Source of the DNA: Deltaproteobacteria bacterium
GTDB taxonomy: Bacteria > Myxococcota_A > UBA9160 > SMWR01
NCBI GenBank assembly: GCA_032128115.1
Contig: JAQBHB010000047.1
Coordinates: 192,001 to 256,000, forward strand
Reading direction: 5' to 3'
DNA: 64,000 nt
The notes under the pieces are model-generated. The model was not told where the DNA came from, ran no database searches, and saw nothing but the letters and a program-made list of their open reading frames with translations. Shown one piece after another: positions 31,060-40,412 of the stretch (positions within the stretch are counted from its first letter, which is position 1; the number at the start of each line of letters is the position of its first letter). Made by a program: the position numbers and the translations under genes.

Positions 31060-31073
31060 GGGGGGGGAGGCAT

Positions 31074-31871
31074 TCAGAGCCTGAAGTGCTGGCGGATCAG
31101 GGCCAGGGTAAAGCGATCGGGAAGCAGGCGGCGGATCAGGGGCACCGTTGCCGAGTCGGCACCCACGGCGTAGCGCACCCGCGGACGGCGGGCGGTGAGG
31201 GCGCGTTCGATGGCCCGGGCCACCACCTCGGGCCCGGGGGCCCTGGGGAGCGACTCGACGATCACGTCGCGCGTGGTGAGAATGCGCTCGCCGTAGACCG
31301 AGTTCTCCGGACGTCCCCAGTCCGTCGCGTCGTTGAACGGGGTGTTGATGTCGCCGGGTTCGACGAGCGAGACGTGCACCCCCGTCGCGTGTAGCTCGTT
31401 GCGCAGGGCCAGGGCCAGGGCGTCCACCGCCGCCTTGCTGGCCGAGTAATGGGCCTGGAAGGGGATCGGCACGCGCCCCGCCAGGGAGCCCACCAGCACG
31501 ATCCGCCCGTGCCCGGCCTCGCGCATGCCGGGAATCACGGCGCGCAGGGTGCGCAGCACGCCGAAGAAGTTGGTGTCGAACTGCTTGCGGGCGGCCTCGA
31601 TGGGCACCTCCTCCACACTGCCGAAGATCCCGAAGCCCGCATTGCACACCACGCCGGTAAGGGTCGGGGCCGAGTCGAGCACCTGGTCGACGGCCTTGTG
31701 CACCGACGTCTCGTCGCACACGTCCATGGCCACCCACGAGACCCCAGGGTCCGCATCCGGGCCGGGATTGCGACTGGTTCCGAACACCCGGAATCCCGCG
31801 GCCACCAGGCGCGTCGCCGCGGCTGCGCCGATGCCCGACGACGCCCCCGTGATCAGGATCGTGCCCTTCAC
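31074..31871 (-). CDS. Short-chain dehydrogenase/reductase
   Basis: TGASSGIG, NAG, YSASK, VEPG. Confidence 0.93.
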   Translation of the reverse strand: MKGTILITGASSGIGAAAATRLVAAGFRVFGTSRNPGPDADPGVSWVAMDVCDETSVHKAVDQVLDSAPTLTGVVCNAGFGIFGSVEEVPIEAARKQFDTNFFGVLRTLRAVIPGMREAGHGRIVLVGSLAGRVPIPFQAHYSASKAAVDALALALRNELHATGVHVSLVEPGDINTPFNDATDWGRPENSVYGERILTTRDVIVESLPRAPGPEVVARAIERALTARRPRVRYAVGADSATVPLIRRLLPDRFTLALIRQHFRL

Positions 31872-31877
31872 GACGCG

Positions 31878-31922
31878 AGCTTACCCCGCTCGCGGTGCGG
31901 GGCGCCCGGGGGCTGGTAGGCT
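31878..31922. promoter_or_regulatory. Back-to-back leaderless-type promoters
   Basis: TAAGCT on minus (31883-31878), 6 nt before GTG 31871; TGG-TAGGCT on plus (31917-31922), 6 nt before ATG 31929. Confidence 0.6.
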
Positions 31923-31928
31923 CCGCGC

Positions 31929-32459
31929 ATGCAGAGCACGCGGGGGGTGCGATGGCGCCGGATCGGCGCTCTCCTGATTCTCGCCGTGGTGTCGTGCACC
32001 GAGACCGAGGCCGAGGTCCCCGACGCGCCCGTGGTGCCGCAGACCGCCTGGGTCGAGATCGCGGGTCAGCTGTTCGAGCTGGAGCTCGCCCTGGATCCGG
32101 CGACGCGCTTCCGCGGGCTCAGTGGTCGGCGCAGCGTGGCGCCCGAGGGCGGCATGTTGTTCGTCAACAGGCAATCCCGGCGGCTCCTGATGGTGATGCG
32201 CGACTGCCCGATCCCCCTGGACGTGGCCTTCCTCGACCGCGCGGGGTGGGTGCTGGCGATTCACGAGATGGTCGTGGAGTCGCCGCGCGGCCGCGACGAG
32301 TCGCAGGCCCGCTACGAGGAGCGCCTGCCCGCCTACGACAGCGATGTGCCCGCCTGGTTCGCGGTAGAAACGGCCGCCGGCCGCCTTCGCGCGCTGGGCC
32401 TGAAGGTGGGCGATCGCCTGGTGTTCGACAGCGACGCGCTGATCACGCGTGCCAGATAG
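31929..32459 (+). CDS. DUF192 family lipoprotein
   Basis: VVSC lipobox-like; RFRGLSGR, GGMLF, MRDCPIPLDVAF, GLKVGD. Confidence 0.85.
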   Translation: MQSTRGVRWRRIGALLILAVVSCTETEAEVPDAPVVPQTAWVEIAGQLFELELALDPATRFRGLSGRRSVAPEGGMLFVNRQSRRLLMVMRDCPIPLDVAFLDRAGWVLAIHEMVVESPRGRDESQARYEERLPAYDSDVPAWFAVETAAGRLRALGLKVGDRLVFDSDALITRAR

Positions 32460-32485
32460 CTCTAGTGCCGTGCCAGATAGCTCTA
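32448..32485. repeat. 17-bp direct repeat with 21-bp period at a convergent gene junction
   Basis: cgtgccagatagctcta at 32448 and 32469. Confidence 0.85.
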
Positions 32486-33247
32486 CGCGGAGATCAGCAT
32501 CCCGCCTTCGACGGCCAGTACCTGGGCCGTGACCATGTCGGAGCCGTTGATCAGGCTCAGGATCGCGTCGGACACGTCCTCGGCGGTGCACACCTTGCCC
32601 AGGGGCGCGCGCGCCTCCATGGCTTTCTTCACCGGTGCGTACGCCGGGCCCAGTCCGGTTTCGAGCCAGTCTCCCGCGATGAAGCCCGGCGCCACGGCGT
32701 TTACGCGGATGCGAGGCGCCAGCACCCGCGCCAGGGTGATCGTCAGGTTGTTCAAGGCGGCCTTGGAGGCGCAGTAGGGGATCGAGCTGCCCGTGCCGAT
32801 GATCCCCGCCACGCTGGAGACGTTCACCACCTCGCCGCCGTCCCCGTCCTCGAGGGCGGGCTTGGCTGCCCGGGCCATCTGGAACGGTCCCTTCAGGTTC
32901 ACCGACAGGATCCGGTCCCACTCTTCCGCGGTCACCTTCTCGAGTTCTGCGTGGGGGATGAAGCTGGTGGTGCCGGCGTTGTTCACCAGCACGTCGAGCC
33001 GACCGAACGCGGCGACTGCCGCTTCCACCATGGCGCGACAGCCGACGTCATCGGCTACGTCGCAGCGGTGGGCAATGGCGGTCACACCCAGGGCACGAGC
33101 CTCGGCGGCCGTCTTCTCCGCAGCTTCCCTGGACCGGCTGTAGTTCACCAGCACGGAGCAACCCCGGCGTGCCAGCGCCAACGCGGTGGCCCGCCCCACT
33201 CCCGTTCCGGCACCCGTTACGATGGCCGCCCGACCTTCCAGTTCCAT
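32483..33247 (-). CDS. Short-chain dehydrogenase/reductase
   Basis: TGAGTGVG, NNAG, YCASK; GGAGG before MELEGR. Confidence 0.93.
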   Translation of the reverse strand: MELEGRAAIVTGAGTGVGRATALALARRGCSVLVNYSRSREAAEKTAAEARALGVTAIAHRCDVADDVGCRAMVEAAVAAFGRLDVLVNNAGTTSFIPHAELEKVTAEEWDRILSVNLKGPFQMARAAKPALEDGDGGEVVNVSSVAGIIGTGSSIPYCASKAALNNLTITLARVLAPRIRVNAVAPGFIAGDWLETGLGPAYAPVKKAMEARAPLGKVCTAEDVSDAILSLINGSDMVTAQVLAVEGGMLISA

Positions 33248-33507
33248 GACCCCTCCTGCGCGAAATCCTTCACTTCGGATCCGGAGTTGCCGACAAGGAT
33301 CTCTCGGATTCCGGGCCGGCGAGACAGCATAGGCAGGAACGGCCGAATTCGCCCGAAAACTGTGGTGTAAAGCCATCAGTCTTGGCTCTGAGCCACTGGT
33401 TTCGCTGGAAAGTGTTGATGTATGATTCCCGGCCGCGGGAGGCCGATCGGGCCCGGGGGGGACGCATGGCCGGGTTTCCCGCGCCTACTCAGGAGAATCC
33501 GCAGCGG

Positions 33508-34611
33508 ATGAGTGACGTTTCCGCGGCGTCGTCGACGCCCGCGCGCGAGCCCCGGCCGCGCCCCATGCGAGCGATCCCCGGCGCCGAGATGGGCAGCGCT
33601 CCCCGGGAGCTTCGAGAACGCTTCGGCGAGGCCTTCACGCCGCGTCCGGCCATCTATTGGGCCGACATGCTGGGTTCCGCTGGCCTCGCCTGGACCCTGT
33701 TCGCGATTTCGGCCGCCGTGCCCTTCGGCTCGCCCCTGCACGTGGTCACGACCGTTGGCGCGATCTTCGCCATGCTGCGGTCGGCCCTGTTCATCCACGA
33801 GATCTCCCACCTGCGCGCCCGCTCCCTGGCCGGCTTCGAGACGGTCTGGAATGCCGTCGTGGGCATCCCGGTGCTGATTCCGAGCCTGATGTACGTGGGC
33901 TCCCACATGGATCACCACCGGCGCACCGCGTTCGGCACCGAGCAGGACCCGGAGTACGCGCCCATCGCCCACTGGAGCCGCCTGCGGATTGCATTGTTCG
34001 TCGCGACGGTGGCGTTCGTGCCCCTGCTGACGGCCATCCGCTGGGGCGTGCTTGGCCCCCTGGGGCGCGTGTGCCCGCCGGTTCGGCGCTTCGCGGTGGA
34101 ACGCATGTCGACCCTGGTGATCAACACCGGCTATCGCCGGCCCATGCCCATGGCGCGCCAGGCCGTGAAGTGGCAGAAGCTCGAGACCGCGGCCGCCCTG
34201 TTCGTGTGGGCGACGGTGGGGGCAACCGCTCTCGGATGGCTCCCTCTGCACGTGCTCGGCCAGTGGTGGCTCGTGACCGGCGGCGTGCTGGTGGTCAATC
34301 AGGTGCGCACGCTGGTGGCCCATGGCTACGAGAATGCCGGCGAGCCGGTCGACACCGAGGGCCAGCTGCTGGACTCGATCAATCTCCACGGCTGGTCGCC
34401 GGTGACCGCGCTGCTGGCCCCGGTGGGCCTGCGCTACCACGGCCTGCACCATTACCTGCCGAGTCTCCCGTATCACAGTCTGGGAGCCGTGCACCGACAG
34501 CTGCTGGCGGAGCTGCCCGAGAACTCGCCGTACCGCCAGACCCTGCGCCACGGCGTGGTCCCCGCGCTCCAGAAGCTCTGGACCCGAGCCGCCTCGGCTC
34601 CCGCCAACTGA
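33508..34611 (+). CDS. Membrane fatty acid desaturase/hydroxylase
   Basis: Three His boxes HEISH, HMDHH, HGLHH; start may instead be 33466. Confidence 0.9.
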   Translation: MSDVSAASSTPAREPRPRPMRAIPGAEMGSAPRELRERFGEAFTPRPAIYWADMLGSAGLAWTLFAISAAVPFGSPLHVVTTVGAIFAMLRSALFIHEISHLRARSLAGFETVWNAVVGIPVLIPSLMYVGSHMDHHRRTAFGTEQDPEYAPIAHWSRLRIALFVATVAFVPLLTAIRWGVLGPLGRVCPPVRRFAVERMSTLVINTGYRRPMPMARQAVKWQKLETAAALFVWATVGATALGWLPLHVLGQWWLVTGGVLVVNQVRTLVAHGYENAGEPVDTEGQLLDSINLHGWSPVTALLAPVGLRYHGLHHYLPSLPYHSLGAVHRQLLAELPENSPYRQTLRHGVVPALQKLWTRAASAPAN

Positions 34612-34649
34612 ACTGCGCTCGCCTTCGAGTTCGAACTGCGCTCGCCTTC
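34610..34649. repeat. 17-bp direct repeat (23-bp period) between convergent genes
   Basis: gaactgcgctcgccttc at 34610 and 34633. Confidence 0.8.
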
Positions 34650-34657
34650 CGCCTTGC

Positions 34658-35629
34658 CTAGCGCAGGTCGCGGCGGCGCAGCACCCGGAAGATCAGGGGC
34701 CAGGCGAAGATCAGGGGGTGGCGGCGCTGGCGTTCGCTGGGCTCGATGTGGCTGCCCGTGTGGCGTTCGAGCTTCCAGAGTGCGTACGGCAGCCAGTCGC
34801 CGAAGGTGAACGCGCTCTTGAGGAGCTGCGCCAGATAGACGAGCTTTGCCAGCGGCCGGCGCAGGCGCCACGTTCGTCGAGCACGGCGCCGGTCGCCCGG
34901 GTCGATCCGCACGCGCAGGGAGTCGCCGTCGTCACTCACGTCCACGCCGCCCCGTTTCGCCCACTCTTCGAGGCCCAAGCGAGCCACCCGATCGAATCGC
35001 GGCGCGTGGGCGTCGTACAGCTGGCGGATCGTCTCCGGCGACTCGGGGCGCATCTCGTAGCGATAGGTTTCGTAGAAGGCGCGCTGCCAGAGGTCGTCGA
35101 GACCGAATCCCGCCATCGGGTCCGACGCCGGCATCAGGGGCACGATCCGCTCGAGAAGCGTCAGCAGCGAACCGGTGGCGGCGCGCACCAACAGGTGGTG
35201 CGCCGCGTCGTCGCGCAGGTAGATCGCGCGCACCGGTTGGCAGAAGCGCGCCCACAGGCTCGACCGCAGGCTGCCGGTTCCGACGCCGCGCTGCAGGTCG
35301 CGGCTGGAGACCACCGCGTATTTGGCGCGCAGGCATCCTCCCGGCGTGTCGAGCTCCAGGTAGTGGACGTTTGGCGGCAGCACGGCATTGGCCCACGCCA
35401 AAAGCGGCGAGCGGCTTGCCGCGCGATAGTCATCGACGATGGCGTAGAAGTCGAGCACTCCCTCGTCGGTCTGCTTGCGCAGACACGAGCCGTAGAAAAC
35501 GACCGCCGCCACCGGAGCGTCGCCACAACGCCGGCGAACCTCGTGGGCCAGCTGCGTGGCCGCATCGGAGACCGGCTGCTGGAACTCCGCCGAGAAGACT
35601 TCGGCGAGGGCCTCGGCACCACCGCTCAT
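34658..35629 (-). CDS. Nucleotidyltransferase-fold protein, Tam41/Mmp37-like cytidylyltransferase candidate
   Basis: FYGS...VLDFYAIVDDY, AKYAV, WARFCQP, YALWKLERH. Confidence 0.6.
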   Translation of the reverse strand: MSGGAEALAEVFSAEFQQPVSDAATQLAHEVRRRCGDAPVAAVVFYGSCLRKQTDEGVLDFYAIVDDYRAASRSPLLAWANAVLPPNVHYLELDTPGGCLRAKYAVVSSRDLQRGVGTGSLRSSLWARFCQPVRAIYLRDDAAHHLLVRAATGSLLTLLERIVPLMPASDPMAGFGLDDLWQRAFYETYRYEMRPESPETIRQLYDAHAPRFDRVARLGLEEWAKRGGVDVSDDGDSLRVRIDPGDRRRARRTWRLRRPLAKLVYLAQLLKSAFTFGDWLPYALWKLERHTGSHIEPSERQRRHPLIFAWPLIFRVLRRRDLR

Positions 35630-35636
35630 GGGGCCC

Positions 35637-36593
35637 TCAGGCGCGCACGAATGTGATGCGGTGGTCGGCGGAGAGCGAGATGCGTTCGTCGGGCTCGCCG
35701 GGAAAGACCTCGCCGTCCACGGTGTAGCCGCAGTCGATGCGGAGTTCTGCATGGTCCACGTTGCGGCTGGTGTAGCCCGCATCGGGCGTCATGTTGCGGT
35801 TGGGTCGTCCGCGCACGAGCCCGGGGATGGCGCGTCCCATGCGATGGGCCCCGTGGGACATGCTGGTGAAGCGCACCCCCCCCGATCCCTCGCCCCAGAA
35901 GGGATTGAGCCGCAGGAAGAGGCGCTTGAGGGTGGATCCGATCAGGAGCGTGAACTCACCCTGGCTCACCAGTTCGCCGTCCAGGTAGACCTGCGCCTTG
36001 TCCGGAGCGAGCACGCCCTCGCTGGCCTTGAAGCTGGCACGGGCCAGCAGGCCCGCCGTCACGAGACTGGCGCCAAGTACACCCTGGGACTTGCCCGGCG
36101 GAAACATGCGGTGCGTCAGCGCGATGGCGCGGTGGATCATTCCCGCCCCGAAGAACATGCCGTACTGCACGTTGTTCCGGGTGGCGGATTCGATGCGAAG
36201 CACCGGCCTTTGCACCAGGAGCCGTTCCAGGGTTCCCGACTGCACGGCGCGCAGGATCGCGCGCAGCCCCTTCACCGGGTCGCGCTGGGCGCCCAGGTCG
36301 AGGGCCGTCATGTTGGTGCGACCCCCGCGAAGCGGTGCGAACAGGGGCGGTTTCTCGAAGGGTTCGGCCGACAGGATCTCGGTGAGGGCGTGCTGGATGG
36401 TGCCGTCGCCTCCGTTCACGATCAGCAGATCCACCCGATTGTTCCCCAGCGCAGCCACCGCGTCGGGCAGGGCGCCGGTGCGCTCCGTTTCCAGGTGCTG
36501 CACCTCCGGGTAGTCACGAAGCAGCGCCAGGATGCGCTCCACCTTCCCCTGGCTGCGGCCTGCGCGCAGATTGTTCAGGACTGCGATCTGCAC
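35637..36593 (-). CDS. Diacylglycerol/sphingosine kinase family lipid kinase
   Basis: NNLRAG, NGGDGT, GGRTNMTA, TVDGE; GTG start at 36593. Confidence 0.85.
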   Translation of the reverse strand: MQIAVLNNLRAGRSQGKVERILALLRDYPEVQHLETERTGALPDAVAALGNNRVDLLIVNGGDGTIQHALTEILSAEPFEKPPLFAPLRGGRTNMTALDLGAQRDPVKGLRAILRAVQSGTLERLLVQRPVLRIESATRNNVQYGMFFGAGMIHRAIALTHRMFPPGKSQGVLGASLVTAGLLARASFKASEGVLAPDKAQVYLDGELVSQGEFTLLIGSTLKRLFLRLNPFWGEGSGGVRFTSMSHGAHRMGRAIPGLVRGRPNRNMTPDAGYTSRNVDHAELRIDCGYTVDGEVFPGEPDERISLSADHRITFVRA

Positions 36594-36812
36594 TGAACCG
36601 ACTCCTGGGGGGGATGGGGTTCGTCTCGTCGTCGGGCCCGGGGGCACTCGAGGCGACCGACGCTGCGCGGGGCTCTCGCCGGATCGGAGCGACTCGCGCC
36701 AATGTTGAGTTCGGGCGAGCCCGACCCACGCCTGCGCCGGGCGGGGGGAGCATACCAGCAATCTTGTTGTGGGTTCGGCATCTGGATTGATTTCGGGGGG
36801 AAAAACACCCGT

Positions 36813-37613
36813 TCAATTGGCGAGCGAGTCCTTCGCACGTTCAGACAGGATCTGCTGCACCAGCACCAGGTCGGCGGGTCGGTCCACGTCGACGGCGGCT
36901 TCCGCGAACGGCATTCGGACGGGGCGCACCCGGGCGCCCATGGCTCGGGAGACCCGCTCGAACGCAGCGTCCAGGTCCAGGCGCCCCAATGCGAACTGCA
37001 GCAGGGTTGCGGCACCGAACGCACTCACCAGTCGCCACGGCTGCTTGCGCAGCTGTTCGACCCGCCGCCAGAAGGCGGCGGCGCGTCGGGCCTCGGGGGT
37101 GAGAAATGCGAACAGGTTCGCCCCCGACCAGGCGTCGCCGCGCAGGCGCAGGTAGGTCCGGGTGGAGCCCGGAAAGCGTTCGCGCACCAGCGAGGCGGGC
37201 ACCATGCCAACGCGAACGTCGGCGCCGTCGCCGTGCCCGGCGTTGGCGAAGTGGTCCACCATTTCGGGAGTGAGAAGGGGATGGTCGGCGGTGGCCACCA
37301 GCAGGGCTTCGCCGGCGGGGAGCGACTCGAGCACGTCCAGGACACTGCGGCTGGGCGAGTCGAGGCTCGCGTGCAGGGAGATGTGGCCCTGCTCGACTCC
37401 GCGTCCGATTTCGGCAACGGCGTTCAGGGCCGCGGGGTCGTCGATGCTGATGCACACGTGGCGCACGCTCTTCGATGCGCGCAGGGTGCGCACCACCCGG
37501 GCCAGCATGGGGACACCGTTCACGTCGACCAACGCCCGGTGGTGTGTGCCCCAGACGCCCGCCAGTGCGTCGTTCGCCGTGCGTCGACCCGCCAGGACGA
37601 GAGCGGTGGACAT
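36813..37613 (-). CDS. MobA/IspD-like NTP transferase
   Basis: ALVLAGRR, VNGVPMLARV, ATADHPLL, AVDVDRPAD. Confidence 0.85.
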   Translation of the reverse strand: MSTALVLAGRRTANDALAGVWGTHHRALVDVNGVPMLARVVRTLRASKSVRHVCISIDDPAALNAVAEIGRGVEQGHISLHASLDSPSRSVLDVLESLPAGEALLVATADHPLLTPEMVDHFANAGHGDGADVRVGMVPASLVRERFPGSTRTYLRLRGDAWSGANLFAFLTPEARRAAAFWRRVEQLRKQPWRLVSAFGAATLLQFALGRLDLDAAFERVSRAMGARVRPVRMPFAEAAVDVDRPADLVLVQQILSERAKDSLAN

Positions 37614-37620
37614 GGGCAGC

Positions 37621-39333
37621 CTAGGCCACCACCCCGGCCGGCATGTCCACGAGCTTGGCGGTGCCGCCCTCTAGGCGGTAGATGCGTGTGGCCACGCCCG
37701 TGAGTGCCAGCTGGTGTGAGATCGCGACGACGGTCATGCGACCCCGCAGCTGCTCCACCGTTTCCCACACGGCCGCTTCGCTGTCCGGGTCGAGTGCCGC
37801 GGTCGCCTCGTCCAGGATCAGAAGCTTCGGCGAGTGCACCAACGCGCGCGCGATGGCGATGCGCTGTCGCTGTCCGCCAGAGAAGAGGGAGCCCCGCTCG
37901 CCCACACTGGAGCGCACGCCTTCGGGCAGTGCGGAGACGAAGTTCCAGGCTCCGGCGTCGCGTAGGGCGGCCTCCACCTGCGCGTCCTCGATCGCCGGGT
38001 CACCCAGGCTCACGTTCATGAGGACCGAGTCGTGGAACAGGATCGTCTCCTGGGGCACGTAGCCAATCGACTGACGCCACGCGCGCATGTCCAGCTCCTG
38101 CAGCGAGACCCCGTCGAGCTTCACGTCGCCCTGGTTGGGCCGCAGCAGGCCGGTGATCAGGTCGACGATCGTGGTCTTGCCGGCGCCGGAGGGTCCGATG
38201 ATGGCGGTGATCCCGCCGGCAGGAATCTCGAGGCTGGCTCCGTTCAAGACGGGCAGGTTCTCGTACTGGACGTGCACGTGGTCGAGGGTCAGCGCCCGCT
38301 CGAGAGCGGGCGTTCGGGTACCGGCCCGCGGCTCGCAGGCGGCATCGGCCTCGTCGATCATGGCACGAATCGACCAGTAGGCGCTCTCCTCGGAGGCCAT
38401 GGCCTGATACTTCCGCTGCATCATGTTCACGCGGTCGAGCATGCGGACGAACACGATGCCGAGCACGCCCAGGGAGTCGAAGGCGAACCCGAACAACTCG
38501 ACGCCCACCCACAGGGCGCCGAGGATGAAGGTCACGACGAACAGCTCCTGCAGCGCGCGCAGCGCCTCGCGGCTCAGGACTCTCTTGCGCAGCTGGCGGT
38601 TGAGCTTGCCCGTCTCTTCCTCCAGAAGAGGGGCTACCAGGTGCTCCTGCCCCGTGGCCTTCACGAGTTTCACCGCGCCGAGCGTGTCGGTCAGGTGAGA
38701 GAGCAGCGACTTCAGCAGCTCGGTCTGGCGGCGCCCTGCGCGTCCGGCCATCCGCACCAGACCGTGAAGGCCGCGGAACACGATGATCCCCGTCAACCCG
38801 GCGGCCAGCGCAGCCTGCCAGGAGATCGCCACGGCCACGGCCACGTAGATGCAAAGCTCCAGGGCCGACGTCACGATCATCGCCAGGTGGCCGTAGGTGA
38901 GCGCCGATCGGTTGGCCTCGGTAGCCATGGCATTGGCGGCCGCACCGATGGGCTGACGCGCGAAGTAGCCCCAGCGCGCCGCCAGCAGGGCGCGAAGCAA
39001 TCCCAGGCGCAGATCAGTGGCGACGTGAGCGACCGTGTATCCCACCTGGCGATTCGACAGGATCACGAAGATCGCCTTGACCACGAAAGCGGCGAGGATG
39101 ATCAGGACGAGCGGGGTCAGCTCGCGCGGAATGTCGAACCGGGCCAGAGCGTCGAGGGTGGCGGTCTCCAGGGCCGAGGGGTGACTCGAGGGCTCGCTTG
39201 CCGTCACCACTCCCAGCAGGGGCGCTATGGCGGTGAGGCCGACACCCTCCAACAAAGCCGCAAGTATCAGGCAAAGTAGGACGATAAGGCTTTGCCACGG
39301 ATACGAGCGGGCGAACTGAAGCAGGATTCGCAT
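37621..39333 (-). CDS. ABC exporter, fused permease and ATPase (MsbA-like architecture)
   Basis: N-terminal TMD; GPSGAGKT, FSGGQRQR, LILDEAT, ISH. Confidence 0.93.
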   Translation of the reverse strand: MRILLQFARSYPWQSLIVLLCLILAALLEGVGLTAIAPLLGVVTASEPSSHPSALETATLDALARFDIPRELTPLVLIILAAFVVKAIFVILSNRQVGYTVAHVATDLRLGLLRALLAARWGYFARQPIGAAANAMATEANRSALTYGHLAMIVTSALELCIYVAVAVAISWQAALAAGLTGIIVFRGLHGLVRMAGRAGRRQTELLKSLLSHLTDTLGAVKLVKATGQEHLVAPLLEEETGKLNRQLRKRVLSREALRALQELFVVTFILGALWVGVELFGFAFDSLGVLGIVFVRMLDRVNMMQRKYQAMASEESAYWSIRAMIDEADAACEPRAGTRTPALERALTLDHVHVQYENLPVLNGASLEIPAGGITAIIGPSGAGKTTIVDLITGLLRPNQGDVKLDGVSLQELDMRAWRQSIGYVPQETILFHDSVLMNVSLGDPAIEDAQVEAALRDAGAWNFVSALPEGVRSSVGERGSLFSGGQRQRIAIARALVHSPKLLILDEATAALDPDSEAAVWETVEQLRGRMTVVAISHQLALTGVATRIYRLEGGTAKLVDMPAGVVA

Positions 39334-39533
39334 GCTGCCTGGTATCGGCTCCGGACGGCTGGGGCGTTACGGGGGATCTCGAGGATCGGGCTGGACAGCG
39401 GACTATAGCGAAGCACAGGCTTGCTGAGACACGAGGTGGGTGTAAAACACCCCGATTCGTACGTTCGGGGTAGTCAACTGTCGCCGTACTCGCTATGTAG
39501 CGGCGATCGAAAAGGTGGGGAGGAGAAGTCCAG

Positions 39534-40343
39534 ATGCGAATCGGTGACATCGCCGTCGGCAACGGTGCCCCCCTGGTACTGATCTCCGGCCTCAATGTGA
39601 TCGAATCGCTGGAGGGCACCCTCGAGTGCGCGGTCGCGGCCCAGGGTGTCGCCGAGAAGCACGGACTTCCCGTCGTCTTCAAGGCCTCCTTCGACAAGGC
39701 GAACCGCTCGAGCCATACGTCGTATCGGGGCCTGGGCATGGACGAGGGTCTCATGATCCTCGAACGCGTGAAGCGCGAGACCGGTCTGCCCGTGACCACC
39801 GACGTGCACGAGGCTGGCCAGGCCAAGATCGTGGCCGAGGTGGTGGACTGCCTGCAGATCCCGGCCTTCCTGTGCCGCCAGACCGATCTGGTGGCGGCGT
39901 GCGCGGCGACCGGACTTCCGATCAACTTCAAGCGCGGCCAGTTCATCGCGCCGCGCGACATGGGTCACGCCCTCGACAAGGCGCGCCACTTCGGCGCCTC
40001 CGACGTGATGGTTACCGAGCGTGGGTCTGCGTTCGGGTACAACGACCTGGTGGTGGACCTGCGCGGCATCGTTGCCATGCGCGAATTTACGCCCGTCTGC
40101 TTCGACGCGACCCACGCCGTCCAGTACCCGGGCGGCGGAGCGACTGCCAGCGCCGGCGACCGCACGTTCGTGGCGCCGTTGGCGCGCGCGGCCGTCGCGG
40201 TGGGCATCGACGCCCTGTTCGTCGAGATCCATCCGGATCCGCAGTCGGCCCCCTGTGACGGGCAGTGCCAGCTGCGGGTCGAGGATCTCGATCGCATGCT
40301 CACCGACATCTGCGCCATCCGGGCCTCGCTCACCCGGGACTGA
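39534..40343 (+). CDS. kdsA: 3-deoxy-8-phosphooctulonate (KDO8P) synthase
   Basis: FKASFDKANRSS, QIPAFLCRQTDL, ERGSAFGYNDLVVD, FDATHAVQ, EIHPDP..A.CDG. Confidence 0.95.
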   Translation: MRIGDIAVGNGAPLVLISGLNVIESLEGTLECAVAAQGVAEKHGLPVVFKASFDKANRSSHTSYRGLGMDEGLMILERVKRETGLPVTTDVHEAGQAKIVAEVVDCLQIPAFLCRQTDLVAACAATGLPINFKRGQFIAPRDMGHALDKARHFGASDVMVTERGSAFGYNDLVVDLRGIVAMREFTPVCFDATHAVQYPGGGATASAGDRTFVAPLARAAVAVGIDALFVEIHPDPQSAPCDGQCQLRVEDLDRMLTDICAIRASLTRD

Positions 40344-40412
40344 GCTCTCCCGCTCCGGCCGAACGCGGTTCGATGGCCTAGCCTGGGGCGCGATCGGCCG
40401 GGAGGGCTGGGC

